A stretch of DNA of 64,000 nucleotides from Balanoglossus misakiensis (Eukaryota; Animalia; Hemichordata). The translations under genes were made by a program, and so were the position numbers. The notes under the pieces are model-generated. The model made no database searches and was not told the origin of the DNA. It saw nothing but the letters and a program-made list of their open reading frames with translations. Positions 36,142 through 49,100 of this stretch are shown here, piece by piece (position 1 is the stretch's first letter; each line of letters opens with the position of its first letter). The stretch lies in contig CM082587.2 in NCBI GenBank assembly GCA_040954595.2, forward strand, positions 10,545,403 through 10,609,402, given 5' to 3'.

Positions 36142-39100
36142 CAACAATAACAGCCACTGAGAATCTTTCCAGATGGACAGCAACATCCTGAGAACTCATT
36201 AGTTGGGGCTCCTGACAGATTCAATTCTGGACAAGCACCATTTGCCTCGATTTTGATGAGACTGTTGAATTGACTGAACTGAGTTGTAATTGCACTCATT
36301 ATACTATCACCGCAGGTTTGGAGATCTAAACTTGTTGCGTTGTCTGTCTTTGCAAGTAATTTCATGGCAACTGTTGCATTCACCTACCGGTATGAAAAAC
36401 ACCAAATAGAAAGTTTGGTTTAATGGGTTAAAAGGACTCAGTAGCTGTAACTTTTGGCTTTTTTTCAGTATTTTCTTCCGTGTATCAAACGCTATTTCTT
36501 GTTCTACTCCAAACAGCATGTTACTATACCCAGTACTTATCATGTATGCGTGTAACAGCCATTGTTATTGTTGACAAATGAATTCTAGTCTGAAATTAAA
36601 TTTTGCACAATAACAATGCTGACCATTCACATATATGTTGTGTTGATATTAAGCCAAATGCTCAACATTTTATGATTCTTCAGGTATTTGAACAAGAAAC
36701 TGCAGTAGATACACAAAACAAACACACTGAAAACGTAGCAAAAAGATAAAGCTATTATGGAGCATTTAAAGGGATTATGTTTGATACAATTACAAGACAC
36801 TGTTTATGTTATTCTACATGTGGATATATAGAGAATCAATGTTTGACCACACACAACTTCCATCCTCTTGTAGACGCGACAGTGAAAAAACACGCGAAAA
36901 ATGAATACCATTCATTCATTTTGGGCGAGTTTTTACTCTCATATCCTACAAACAAGATGGAAGTTGTGTGTGGTCAAATGATGATTCACTATATATCCAC
37001 ATGTAGAATAACATAAACTGTGTCTTGTATCAAACATAATTAATGGGAAAACGGCAGCGAGCGAGAGACTTTGTCCCTCCAATAACAAGATAATGCTTCT
37101 TAAAAATGACACACCTTGGAGAACCCAACCTTAGGGTAACACATTGTACAATAATGTAACGACAGAAATCAAATAAAGGATTACATCAACCTTTTTCTTC
37201 AGCATAAAACTGTAAAATTTTCCAGCAGGACAGATAATTATACCTGATTGGAGTCTACTATGGCCATTGTTGAATAGTCACTTTGAACTTCAACACTGTC
37301 TTCAATCGAGTTACACAGGACCGACAACAGTGGTTCAACAGACTGCACAATTCCAAGCAGACTCGACTCGTAATATGAGATACATTGGTTGGTATCACTT
37401 GGAATGGTTATCACAGAGTTGTATACACCTCCCACAGTCAGGCAATAATCTGGAACTTCCTTCTCTGTGGAAAGATCAATATGGAAGAGAATTTAACTTC
37501 AGGCCAACTAGTTGAATTGTCAATCGTCAATCCAGTTTTCGCTTTACTAAGCTGGTGAAAAAATCCCATTTTTGCTAATCCACTCAAATCTGGACTAGTG
37601 CCATCTTCCATGCGGTAATGTAGGTATTGACAGATTATAAAAATGTAGGTATTGACTGATTATAAAAATGTAGGTATTGACTGATTATAAAATGATCAGT
37701 TTATATAAGGGCACACATAGCAAACTGGAAAACACAAATTCCCTCACATATCAGCAATATACAGAGAAAATTTGAACCAACAGTAACACTGAATTAGTTG
37801 GTTATTTTGGTTCTTCAAGTTTATTATCTGCATCAGCATTCACATATTATTTTGGGGGCCTAATGAATATTGATATGATATCAGTTGAATTTCAATTACG
37901 CAAAAATAGATCAGTAGAAGCCCATACACACCAACACAATCAGGTACGTAATTATGGGGTAGCCATGTTCCACCAATTATGCAGGTGTACATTCCTCCAG
38001 GTGAATCAATTTCTTGAATGAAATCATAACCAGCTTGACAGGACAATGCACATGAGAATCCTGAACCCAGTGGTCCTCCAATGACACGGGTGCAAGTCTT
38101 CTGTCCACCTTCTGGTGTAGGTAGTGACCACTCTGGACATGTATCAGCTGAATAACAAAATGAGATGTTAAAAGGGGAAATGTCTAATGTCTCAAAACAA
38201 TGCCATATTAACTTCTAAATGTTTAAAGTCTCTGCCACCACTTTTTGCATTATTTTCGAAACTCAACTCAGTACCAGAACAACGCTCAAAGCAGCATGCA
38301 CACAAAAAGTATTATAAAGACAAAAAATCACCACAAACACACAAAAGTATTGAGATTCAAAATTCACCAAGCGACTAGTGGGCTAGTTTAGCTGAACACT
38401 TACGTTGAACAGAAACATCAAATTGACACTGAGCCTGGTTGCCACTGTAATCGGTTGCAGTAACAGTCACTGTGATGTAGTTCCTGGTTTCAACTGCAGT
38501 TCCATTTGGTGGTTCATATATGACGTCACTGATTCCGTGGTTGTCTACAACAGAGACTGCTGGATATGACACATTGTGTTCCACTTCATCAACAAGAATT
38601 ACGTACGTGTCTGGACAGTCTAGTGGCATGGTATCTGCAAGCCAAAATATATTTCATAAGATATGAGACTGTAATCTGCCAAGTTTGTAACCACAATACT
38701 TGCCAGCCATTAAAGCGACATAGTAATCTTGAATTCAGCTGGGAGAAGAACTGTTCTGTAGGTGGCTCCATGACAACCCCAATTGCAAAACCAGTTGAAC
38801 ATCGTCCTTTTTCCCAGTGATGTTGACAACCACTCCAATGATGGACCATTTATAAGCTTTGTGATTTCCACAAATGAAAGCAGGCAGACAATGCATGAAA
38901 TCAAATCAAATCAAATCAGAATGAAACACAATCAGAATCAAATTAGAATGAAACACAAACAAACATTAAAATCCAATTCCAACATTGGTGATTTCATTCA
39001 AGAACTCAATCTGGCGGATAAATTGCTAAATTGTGCTGTTCTGATTACATGGTTTTCAAAAATAGGGTAGGTAGGTAGGGAATGTTTTTTTATGTTGCAT

Positions 39101-40882
39101 TTTTTTTATTACTCTGGCCGCCGTAGTGTATAAGAATAACGTCATAATTCTTACGTGATTCTTGCAATTTTCATAAATTTTGTATATTTGACATTGTTTT
39201 TTATACTTCCGGTTTAGGAAGCTCTAAAACGTTTAGGGTCAGCGGGTTATAATTAGGGTAGGTCGGGTAATTGGAACAGCACATATTTTTTTATTTTGAC
39301 CTAATGAACATACCAATACAAACAGGTGCAGTGCCATTCCATTTAGCATTAGTGAGAAATGATGACTGTTCAGATGCATCCCTTCTTTTCCTCACAACTT
39401 CCACTGCGGCTGCTGTTGAAATAAGAAGAATTTTTTTTCTGTAAGTAATACTTAATTCATGCTTGTAACACACCGCTCATAGCATGCATTTACCTGATGA
39501 CCGTGCCTGTTTATGAAATACACATTACAGAGTCACGAATTTAGTCGATAATAGAAGAAAACTGCTGATTCAGCATTTTTCACCAATGGTTTGTCTATGG
39601 GCAAATTTTTTTTAATGCAATTTATCTCAAAATAGAGCAAGGTGACCCTTATATTTTAAGTGACCAATGAATTTATATTTACTGGACTGAGCTATGTAGA
39701 AAATTTTGTGACAATGACAATAGAAGAAGTTAGTTTTCTAGCAATTATCAATGTAATCCTATGGGAAAAAGACGGGTGCGTGCAGTTTTCCGGTTTATGT
39801 TCTGCGCGTACATCCTTAAAAGAAAAGAAGAGATATAAGCGCCACTTTAGTGTGAATAAAAATAATGATTTTATACATACTGCATCTGACACTCTGGAAG
39901 AGCTCATATCCTTCAGGACAACAGAATGTTGCATCATCTTCTTGAATTGGGTTTGCAGAAGATGATAGTTCTGGACAATTGTCTGAACTGTCAATGGCAA
40001 CCAAAACTGGAAATACACTTGGATGGTTGGTCAGATAAAAGATTAGTTGAAGACCACATCCCGACAATTCTGCATTGTCGTATCCAGGGCTCAATGGGTC
40101 TATGGGTTCAATCAGTAAGTTCAGCCCCACATCCATTAAAAGCTGCAGGTAATGAATATACAGTCATAAGCATTTGTTTTAAAAGATGTTATGTTTAATA
40201 TGCTTTATTATTATGCATCTGGCACCAAGAACAATAGAATTTAGCGTGTACTAAAAAGCCATACGGAACGGTACGTACGGAACGCGTGTTAAATACGCCT
40301 TAAGTTTCAAGGCGCCCCAACTCACCGTGTACAGGTATGTACTGTTATGCGGACGGTTTCAAGACACCCCCACTCCAACGCACGTAAACAAAAAAGAAAG
40401 ATGACTGCTCACTGTTTCAGCTGAGCAGTTTACGATCGATTGTATCGACAAAATTAAACATCGCATGGTTGTCACATTTGCATGAAAATATTCTCCCAAT
40501 ATGCATTTTTTCTTTGGATATGCAATCTGAAGAGCATGTGAGATAAAATGCTATGAAGTGAACAATTTGTTGAGTGTAATATTCTAGACTCCAGAAAGAG
40601 TCTACAAGATTTTCTGCAAGACTGAAAGAGACAGTTAGAGTACCCACCGAATTATCCGATAGCGAGGTGAGACTTATGGATAATGCGATATTGATTGTAA
40701 CCAGACCAGCAACAGGAACACATGCTCCTGATGGATCTTGAGACAGGAGTTGAGTTAAACCATTAACAAGTTGTGTTGTTATTTCTGTACCATAGTAGTT
40801 GCCACAGGATTGCTGGTCTGTAATCTGCCCACTACCATTATATGACACACTAAGCTGTGCACAGTAGTCAGGAACGTCACGG
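36142..40882 (-). CDS. Sushi/HYR/linker exons (~40625-40882, 39880-40142, 39313-39412, 38405-38634, 37932-38147, 37245-37464, 36142-36383)
   Basis: DTMPLDCPDTYV..VSYPAVSVVDNHG..VTVTATDYSGNQAQCQFDVSV (HYR); CPEWSLPTPEGG..ALSCQAGYDF..YTCIIGGTWLPHNYVPDC (Sushi); KWNGTAPVC. Confidence 0.8.
36771..37078. mobile_element. Palindromic non-autonomous repeat; partial copies ~12050-12178, 14388-14510, 63919-64000
   Basis: Inverted arms GACACTGTTTATGTTATTCTACATGTGGATATATAG.. / ..CTATATATCCACATGTAGAATAACATAAACTGTGTC. Confidence 0.75.
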
Positions 40883-41307
40883 TCTGCAAAGTAATTATCG
40901 AATAATTGTAAATACAGACCCATACAACTCCTATTCTCTTCAGGTCAATTTGTTCAAAGCATAAATGGGTTCAACTCTTTGTGGTTTATTCTGATTTTAA
41001 ATTTAACTGTATTATTACTTCATGGTGTGTATGAAAGATACAAGAAAAAAAATCACTTTTTGAAATAAACATTTCTCTGTTAATTATCAAGTTCTGTTAA
41101 TTATCGAGAATCCCCTAAAAGTATATATTTTCTGAAAGTAAATATAGGAGAACATTTTGGTGTGACCATTGTTTACACAACTGTCATGTGACAAGCAATT
41201 TAAATTAACTTCCAAAAACAAGTTTTCTGGATGTTTTGTTTTAACACTTTGAGACATCACTCAAGTACAACACGTTATCAACCAAACTAAGGGTAATATC
41301 TCTTACC

Positions 41308-42528
41308 TGGTAGTTGAGTTGGAGTTGGTAGGGTCGTAAGACCACCTGTTGTGGCTTTCAGAGTTGTTGCTGGTTTCGTAGTTGGTTTAGTACTGACATC
41401 ATGATATACTGTATAAATGAAATTGAATGAATACTTTATATTACACACTGGACATGGGTGTCTATATGATAAGAGTGGAAGAGTTATTTGACCAACCGTA
41501 TACAGATCAATTGCACTGAGCATTGTTATTGCCTCATTTGTGACATAGAGTCTGATTCAAACAACGATGATGATGGTAACTAACAATGTATAACTGTTTA
41601 ACTGTTTACATTGCAGGTATTATGATTTTTTTTTTTAATTGAAATTTTCACTGTACCCGTACATGAAGTTTCTATCAATAAAGCCAAATTTTCAATGTTT
41701 TATTATTCATAGTTTACTTTATCATAATAGGAAGTAAACCTACATTTCTTTGAAAAAAAAGTGAGGAGTGAATATGTTTTCTCCTTTCTTCCACCCCTCA
41801 CCCCCTAAAAATAATGGTGTCATCCAGGAGCTAGAGTCGTGTCAACTAAGTAAACAAGATCCATCCTTACTTTGGAGCTCATAATGCTGAAAAGTGTAGA
41901 AATTCGTATACATTCACCTTTTGATGTTAACAGATCATCGGTGCCTCAGTTGTATGTTTTCTTGTTGTTCTTCTTTGGGAAGTGGCAGTATCATCAGTTA
42001 TCATTTGTGTTTGCCATTCTGTGGTGCCTTCTACCGTTTGCCAATATTCTGTGGTGCCGTCCATTTTATTTGTTGTCAAAAGTGTCTCTGGTGTGGTGGC
42101 GTCCATTTTGTTTGTTGTCAACAATTTCTCTGGTGTGGTCCATGACTCTGTTGGCATCACATCACTTGCATCGTCATACTCTGAAGTCTGGTCTGCAGGA
42201 GTAATATCCACAGATTCTGCTGTTGACATCATTTCTGTTTTTGAGATCGGAGCAGATGTTGTCTTGTATGTACCCTCACCTTCTGTGCTTGACTGCTGAT
42301 CAGGCTTTTCAGAACTTGCCTCTACTGTTGTCACGACAACAGGCATGGTTACTGTAACCATAGTAACTGTTGTGGTTGACTTGCTTTTTCCAGTTGTCAC
42401 AGCCGGTATATTGTCTGTGTCCAACACAGTTGTCATTCTGGGCGAAGTTATGGCATATCCATCAGTTGAGATGCTTTTTTCTGTGCCTTCGGTGTAGGGA
42501 CTAGTTAAATATTCCAGCGTTGTTTCAT
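41308..42528 (-). CDS. Thr/Ser-rich mucin-like exons (41918-42528, ~41308-41408)
   Basis: T-rich ORFs; apparent 1-bp deletion near 41943 gives a premature TAA at 41927 just before the donor. Confidence 0.75.
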
Positions 42529-43075
42529 CTGTTGATAAAAATGAACATTACAATTTGAATAATCTAGAACAAGGAAATCTAATGTTATATTGTTCTCCAC
42601 TAACATGAACAGTATTGAATCAATGTTCCTGGCAGGAGACAATTTCAAGGTATTCTCATCCCGGTGTGTGATTCAAATGATATTGTGTTATTATTCTATT
42701 GCTTTCTTTAATGCAATTGTTTATGAGGGTGTTGAGATTTCTTATTCAAAATACAGTAAAATAGGAAATTTTCACGAACGATAAATTTACTGGTGAAAAA
42801 AAAAGTCGCTTATGGTTTTCAGAGATAACGATGCAGTGAAATACCAGAACGTGAAAATTAATCGCCACGTAACAGTTGCCACATTTGATATCATGAACAT
42901 TTCCTCTTGCGAAAATTTTGCATAAGAGTGTACCAGATATTGGTGTGCAAAACACAATATCAGATATCACAACTAATGTAACAAATTCAGCTACACTCCA
43001 TTGAAATCATCAGCAACATTGACCTATGTTATACAGTAAACTAATTACATATTGTATAAAATGAAACCATCTTAT

Positions 43076-44599
43076 CTTCAAGCGTACTCTCAATTGTTGT
43101 AACTATTCCAAAGTCTGGAAGTGTAGTAACTTCAAGCTCATCATCCTCACAATGTCGAAATTGCTTGGAGGTGTCAATAATCTCATCAAACTCAAAGTCT
43201 GTAACCCTGTAGTTAATTTTACCAGACACCGAATAGACCTTGACATTGAGAGGGGCTTGTATATCACCAGAACCAATGGGTGGTTCAAATAAGTTATCAC
43301 TGAGTCTGTCTAGAGTAATCCAGGGACCAGTTGTGTGGACTTCCACAGTGGTGACAGGGTAACGATGATCCAATATTAATAAGCTGAATGATGCAGAAAT
43401 GCTCTCTGCAAACTAAATAAACAAATCAATCAATCAATATGCAGTACACTAAAAAGATGAACAACACAGTCCCTGGTTGGTCCTAATACTTTGAAATTTA
43501 GAGCAAGACTTACTGTAAAATGGGTTATTTTCGCGAGCATAAATTTTCGCAAAATACGCAAGATCTAAAAGAGAAGTGAAAATAAATGTCGTGTGATTTA
43601 ACGATGCAGTTAGTGAAATACAAGAACGCCAAAATTAATCCTCGCGTAACAGTTGCCTCTTTTGATATTGCGAAAATTTCCTGGCGTGAAAATTTCCCGT
43701 TTTACAGTATTTGCAACAAATCATTGTCAATGACCTAGTCCCCACTGGATCTTCCCTTGTCCAAATCAGTTGAGACTGGTTTGATTTCCAGGAGATCTAA
43801 ACTTCCAGTAAAGAAACAGATGAATACTCTTGACAATTTAAACTTCAATCTTACAAATACTTAAAAAAATGGCTAGGGAGGTTTCAAACAAGTTTGCCAA
43901 GATGTGAAAATTAAAGACAAGGGTATATTAATTAGTTAATAATTGTTTTGTTTCACAAACCTTGAACTTGATGGAGACATCTTCAGGACAGGCAATAACA
44001 GAGTAGGATACAAAAAGAGATGAAGGACTTTCACCATCTGACAAGATGTTGTAAGCATCCTCACTTAGAACCAGACCATCTTCATCAATCATGCAGTACG
44101 GGTACATGCACATGTCTGTTACCCGGACAACTACAGATACATCATTTGAACCAATCACGTTCAGGCATTGCCCACAAACCTGCAATCACAGAAACCAAAA
44201 TCTCCTTCTTTAGACAACACTGGAAGTACTAAAGCCAGCAGGGTTTCTTCAAATACAAAGCGATTATATCAATCTTAGCTGAGAAAATTAAAAAAAACAG
44301 CGCAACACACAAAAACGAACAAGATGAAATAAAATTATTCATAACAAAAATTGTTACAAATCACAATGACTCGAAATGACAGACCATCCGGTCAGTATTG
44401 ACATCACAGCCAATCATGTACATAGTCTTTCAAGAACTAACGTTATCTATACTTACATGTGAATCTTGAAAATTGGCCATACCAGCAACCATACTTGTGT
44501 AAAATGTTCCAAATGAACAGGTACCATCAGTTGGTGTCTCACTGTACTTCTCACAAGTTGCATTTACAAAAGTCTCAAAGGTACCACATTCTCTACTGA
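43076..44599 (-). CDS. Expansin-like module copy C (exons 44457-44599, 43961-44179, 43076-43412)
   Basis: D1 DPBB motifs GTCSFG, CGQCL, VVVRVTDMC, GLVLS, SYSVIAC; D2 CBM63-like DHRYPV..W..L.R..N.F..PLNVKVYS.SG..QF. Confidence 0.8.
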
Positions 44600-44978
44600 C
44601 TGCAACAACAACATATGTTAACATATATTCAATCAATATGTAATCTTGGTTTCAATCAGAATCACACAACTATAAAAAATAATTTATGCACAAAAATTGA
44701 GGGTGTAATGTTATATGTCATAAACGATACTGATTTTTGAAAAACAGGCGTATTTTTCTTCGCCTCCAAGGCTCCATGACTTGTACACTTCTGCTGAATT
44801 TCAGCCAAATAGTGTGCATTTGGACAGTTGCTGGCAATTGCAAACAATGTACAAGACTTTTTTTCATAATGTCTGAAAGGTCCATTTTTGTATCTTTTAG
44901 CTATTTTTATTCTGAGTGGCAACCATTAGCTGCCCAAGATGAGTTTACATGTGTAGTCTTTATACGTAGTATAATTAC

Positions 44979-45590
44979 CTGTTGTTACAACATGAGAAGG
45001 TGTCACTGGTTTTGTTGTTGATATTTTAGTTGAAAGTGGTTCCGAAGATTTCGATTGAAATTCAGTGCGTTCGGTGGTCAGTTCTTGGACACTAGTTGTA
45101 GGCAGGGATGTACTTGTATCTACATCTGTTACTATTCTTGTTTTGGATTCTGTTGACCTGATTTCATATTCTGTTGTCAAAGACTTTTGTGTGACTGGCT
45201 CAGCTGTTGTTGGGTTAGGCTTGATATCAGTAGTTGCTCTTTGAGCACTTGTTACATCTGTTGCAGTTGGGCCTATATCAGTTCTTGTTGCTGTTTCTGT
45301 GGTGTCTTCTTCATCTTCCATCGTTGAAAGTATCGTAGGATTGACGCTTGTTGTTGATAGAGTTGCAGTTGTGACAGTCTCGGATATTGCTGAGCTGACT
45401 TCATCCTGATCTGTGACTATAACATGGGTGGTCGAGTGGATACCAGTTGTGATCTCTTCAGATGAAACTGTTGTACCACTTGTCACTTCAGTTCTTGTAG
45501 ACCGACTGGTGAAGGAATCAGTCTCAGGCCCCCGGGTTGTAATGTACCCAGGCAATGTTGTTGGACCCTCCTGAGTAGATTGCATCTCGT
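44979..45590 (-). CDS. Mucin-like linker exon (copy B)
   Basis: Thr/Ser/Glu-rich ORF with cag/gtaat edges; paralog of 58026-58966. Confidence 0.8.
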
Positions 45591-46109
45591 CTGTTTTGGC
45601 AGGAAGGATACATGAAGAATAAGCGCTTCTGATTTCTCACAAACCATAGAATGTCCACTACTTGCATTTAATATACATTCATACCTACATTCATACCTAC
45701 ATTCATACATACATACATGCATGCATGCATCCATCCATCCATCCATACATACAAACATACTGTAAAACGGGTTATTTTCGCGAGCATTAAATTTTTCGTG
45801 AAATATGCGATAGCCAAAATACATGAAAATAATAAGTCACATAAAATATTTTTCAGAAATAACTATCCAGTAAAAATAAGAGATCATGAAAATTAATCCT
45901 CGCGAGACATTTGCCTCCATTGATATCATGAACAATTTCGTCACGAAAATGACCCGTTTAACAGTACATACATACAGATAGACAGACAGGCATACAGACA
46001 TACAGACAGACAGACTACCTTGATCCCATAAGGTCCCATAGTATAGTATATATGTATACTGGTATATACCAAATTGGACCTAAACTATGAAACTGAAACG
46101 CAATCTTAC

Positions 46110-49100
46110 CTTCAAGCGTACTCTCGATTGTTGTAACTATTCCAAAGTCTGGAAGTGTAGTAACTTCAAGCTCATCATCCTCACAATGTCGAAATTGCTT
46201 GGAGGTGTCAATAATCTCACCAAACTGAAACTCTCTAACCCTGTAGTTAATTTTACCAGACACCGAATAGACCTTGACATTGAGAGGGGCTTGTATATCA
46301 CCAGAACCAATGGGTGGTTCAAATAAGTTATCACTGAGTCTGTCTAGAGTAATCCAGGGACCAGTTGTGTGGACTTCCACAGTGGTGACACGGTAACGAT
46401 GATCCAATATTAACCCTAACGCTGTCGAGTCCGTAGCAGACCGCCCGATTTCCGGTGTGGGTAGAAGTCGAACGTTGGCGAGTGATGAATGACCTAATCG
46501 GTATGAATCGATATGATTCACCGACTCGCTGGAGTCTCTAGGCGTTTGCGTGCGCTTCGCTATAACGGGTTGTCTTTGAACTACCGTTTTGAGGGCAAAA
46601 TCTGTTAGGACAGGAAAGTCTCGACAGGGTTATTTGCCTTGAACTACAAAGAGCACACTATCCTTAGAGGCAAATTCCGCCGGTCATTCCGACCCTGGGG
46701 AGACCGTTTTTTATGTGTCCGCAAAAACGTAATTGACAGCGATGCATAGTTTTCCATAGCAGACGATTCCACAACGACATAGGGTATCAACCTTTTCGAT
46801 GGCCAGACGTGTCGGACGCACTCGTGGGTGCCTGTTTAGGAGAGTGCGTTTTGGGATCGACTCGGGAAAACATGACGATTTTTGCCGATGGTGCGAACCG
46901 ATGACCGACGTCTTGGCGTGCGTGCGTCGCAGGCCATATCTTTCGCGACCGACTCGTAGCCTACAATTACTCGTGAAAGAAAACTTGGTACGGACAGGCT
47001 TTGACGGGACTTGGCTTGCGTAGCCAGCGGCACAAGTGTGTAAAAACGACTGGGTGTGCATTTTGACGTAACGGCCGACGATGTAGACCGACTCGTCGTT
47101 TACACCCCGGTTCGCGACACATTGGATCGGACAGGTTTTGACGGGACTTGGCTTTGCGTAGCCAGCGGCACGAGTGTGTAAAAAGCGACTGGGTGTGCAT
47201 TTTGACGTAACGGCCGACGATGTAGACCGACTCGTCGTTTACACCCCGGTTCGCGACACATTGGATCGGACAGGTTTTGACGGGACCTCGGCTTTGCGTA
47301 GCCAGCGGCACAAGTGTGTAAAAAGCGACTGGGTGTGCATTTTGACGTAACGGCCGACGATGTAGACCAACTCGTCGTTTACACCCCGGTTCGCGACACA
47401 TTGGATCGGACAGGTTTTGACGGGACTTGGCTTTGCGTAGCCAGCGGCACGAGTGTGTAAAAAGCGACTGGGTGTGCATTTTGACGTAAACAAAGCCGAC
47501 GAATACGCTCTCGGTCCGGTGGGTTTTGCGTTACTCACCATTAGAGAACGACACAGTGTGCGGATGCCTGTAACTCAGGCTGGTGAATTGGACGGGTGTG
47601 TGCCGTAACGGTTCCTCGGTGCTGCGTGTTACCGAGGGGTATGTACAGACACGGGCGAAAGGCGTGCCTTGCATTCGCGTAACATAGGGGACATGAGTTC
47701 TGCTTAGGCCGCACAGATGCGAAATTTTAACGTCATGGTCGATCAATACTTTCTGTATTGTTACGCAAATTGCCGTTCCAGATTTCCATTTCTGGCGGGA
47801 ATTTTGAGGAGCCCCATAGGTCCGATTGCCTGCGGACATATTTTTGTGTCACGTGTTTGCGTACCTATATATTAGGCGTCCAATTAGATGGGAGAACGCC
47901 TGTCACAGGTTCATGTGCGACTGCTTATAAAAGGGGTGTTTCGTGGACAGTTTTGTCAGTACCACTACAGACCATGAGTTTGACGGACCGAAAGAGTTTT
48001 TTGAAGGCAACCCGAAAGATTCGGAACCCGGAATCCAGTGGAACGGGCAGCGATCGCTATGATGTAGACTCCCCTGTTAGGAAGGGAAAGGCCAAGAAAA
48101 AGAAGGCAAAGAAACGCCTTTTGAGCGTCAGATTTGAGGAGACGGAAAAGCCTGGCGGGAAACGTAAGCGCAAGTCCAGTCGACCCGTTGTCGACTCGGC
48201 CGATGAGACAGAAGCTCCACCCCGGAGTGATGAGGTGACTGCGGAAGCGGGCGAACCAGCCAGTACCCCGACAGAAGCTCCACCCAGGAGTGACGAGGTG
48301 ACTTCAGAGGCTGACTTACAATCCAGTAAGCAGCAGAAGTCTGGCGGGAAATGTAAGCGCAAGTCCGATCGACCCGTTGTCGACTCGGACGGTGAGACAG
48401 AAGCTCCACCCAGGAGTGATGAGGTGACTGCGAAGGCGGGCGAACCAGCCAGTACCCCGACAGAAGTTCCACGCGGGAGCGATCAGACGACCCCAGAGGC
48501 GGGCGAACCAGCCAGTTCCCCGCCAGTGACCCCATGTACGACAGATGATAGTCACGAGACCTCCCCAGAAGTGCCATCTGCTGCTCAGATGAGCCCTCAT
48601 CAGGCAGTCGCCTCGACTTCCACTGGGAAGGTGGGATCATCCAAGAAAGCAGTAAAAAAAAGGTGCGCTACAGTCCACCTGAGTTTGAGCCCGAAAAGAT
48701 TTTGGACGCCAAAACAGGCTTGTTCCGATATAGACGGCCTGATGATGACCTTGAGGAGGATGAGGGAAACGTGACGGACATTGATGAGGATGCGGCAGAG
48801 GACGATAACTTTTACGAGCTGTCATTTCCTGGTACTCCATCTGAGGAGTCCGACTCCGAGAATGAAGCCGTAATAGAAGAGGCCATACGGCAGGCCTCCA
48901 AGGATGGGGACGAGTGGCGTCTTTCGCAGCATGAGGACACTGAGATATTTTCCGAACCCCTGTTCGAGAAAGAGCGTGGACCCACGTTTACTATGGCAAC
49001 ACATGCACGGGAGTTGGAATACTTCCTGAAATTTGTATCACCGGACATGATATCTCTGGCGGTGAAGGAAACGAACAAATATGCGTCGTATCACCAGCAT

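Noticed and set aside
46711-47839. Minus-strand Cys/His-rich repeated ORFs (MHTQSLFTH..CREPGC)
   Set aside because: Translations of the 139-bp non-coding tandem repeat whose unit is not a multiple of 3
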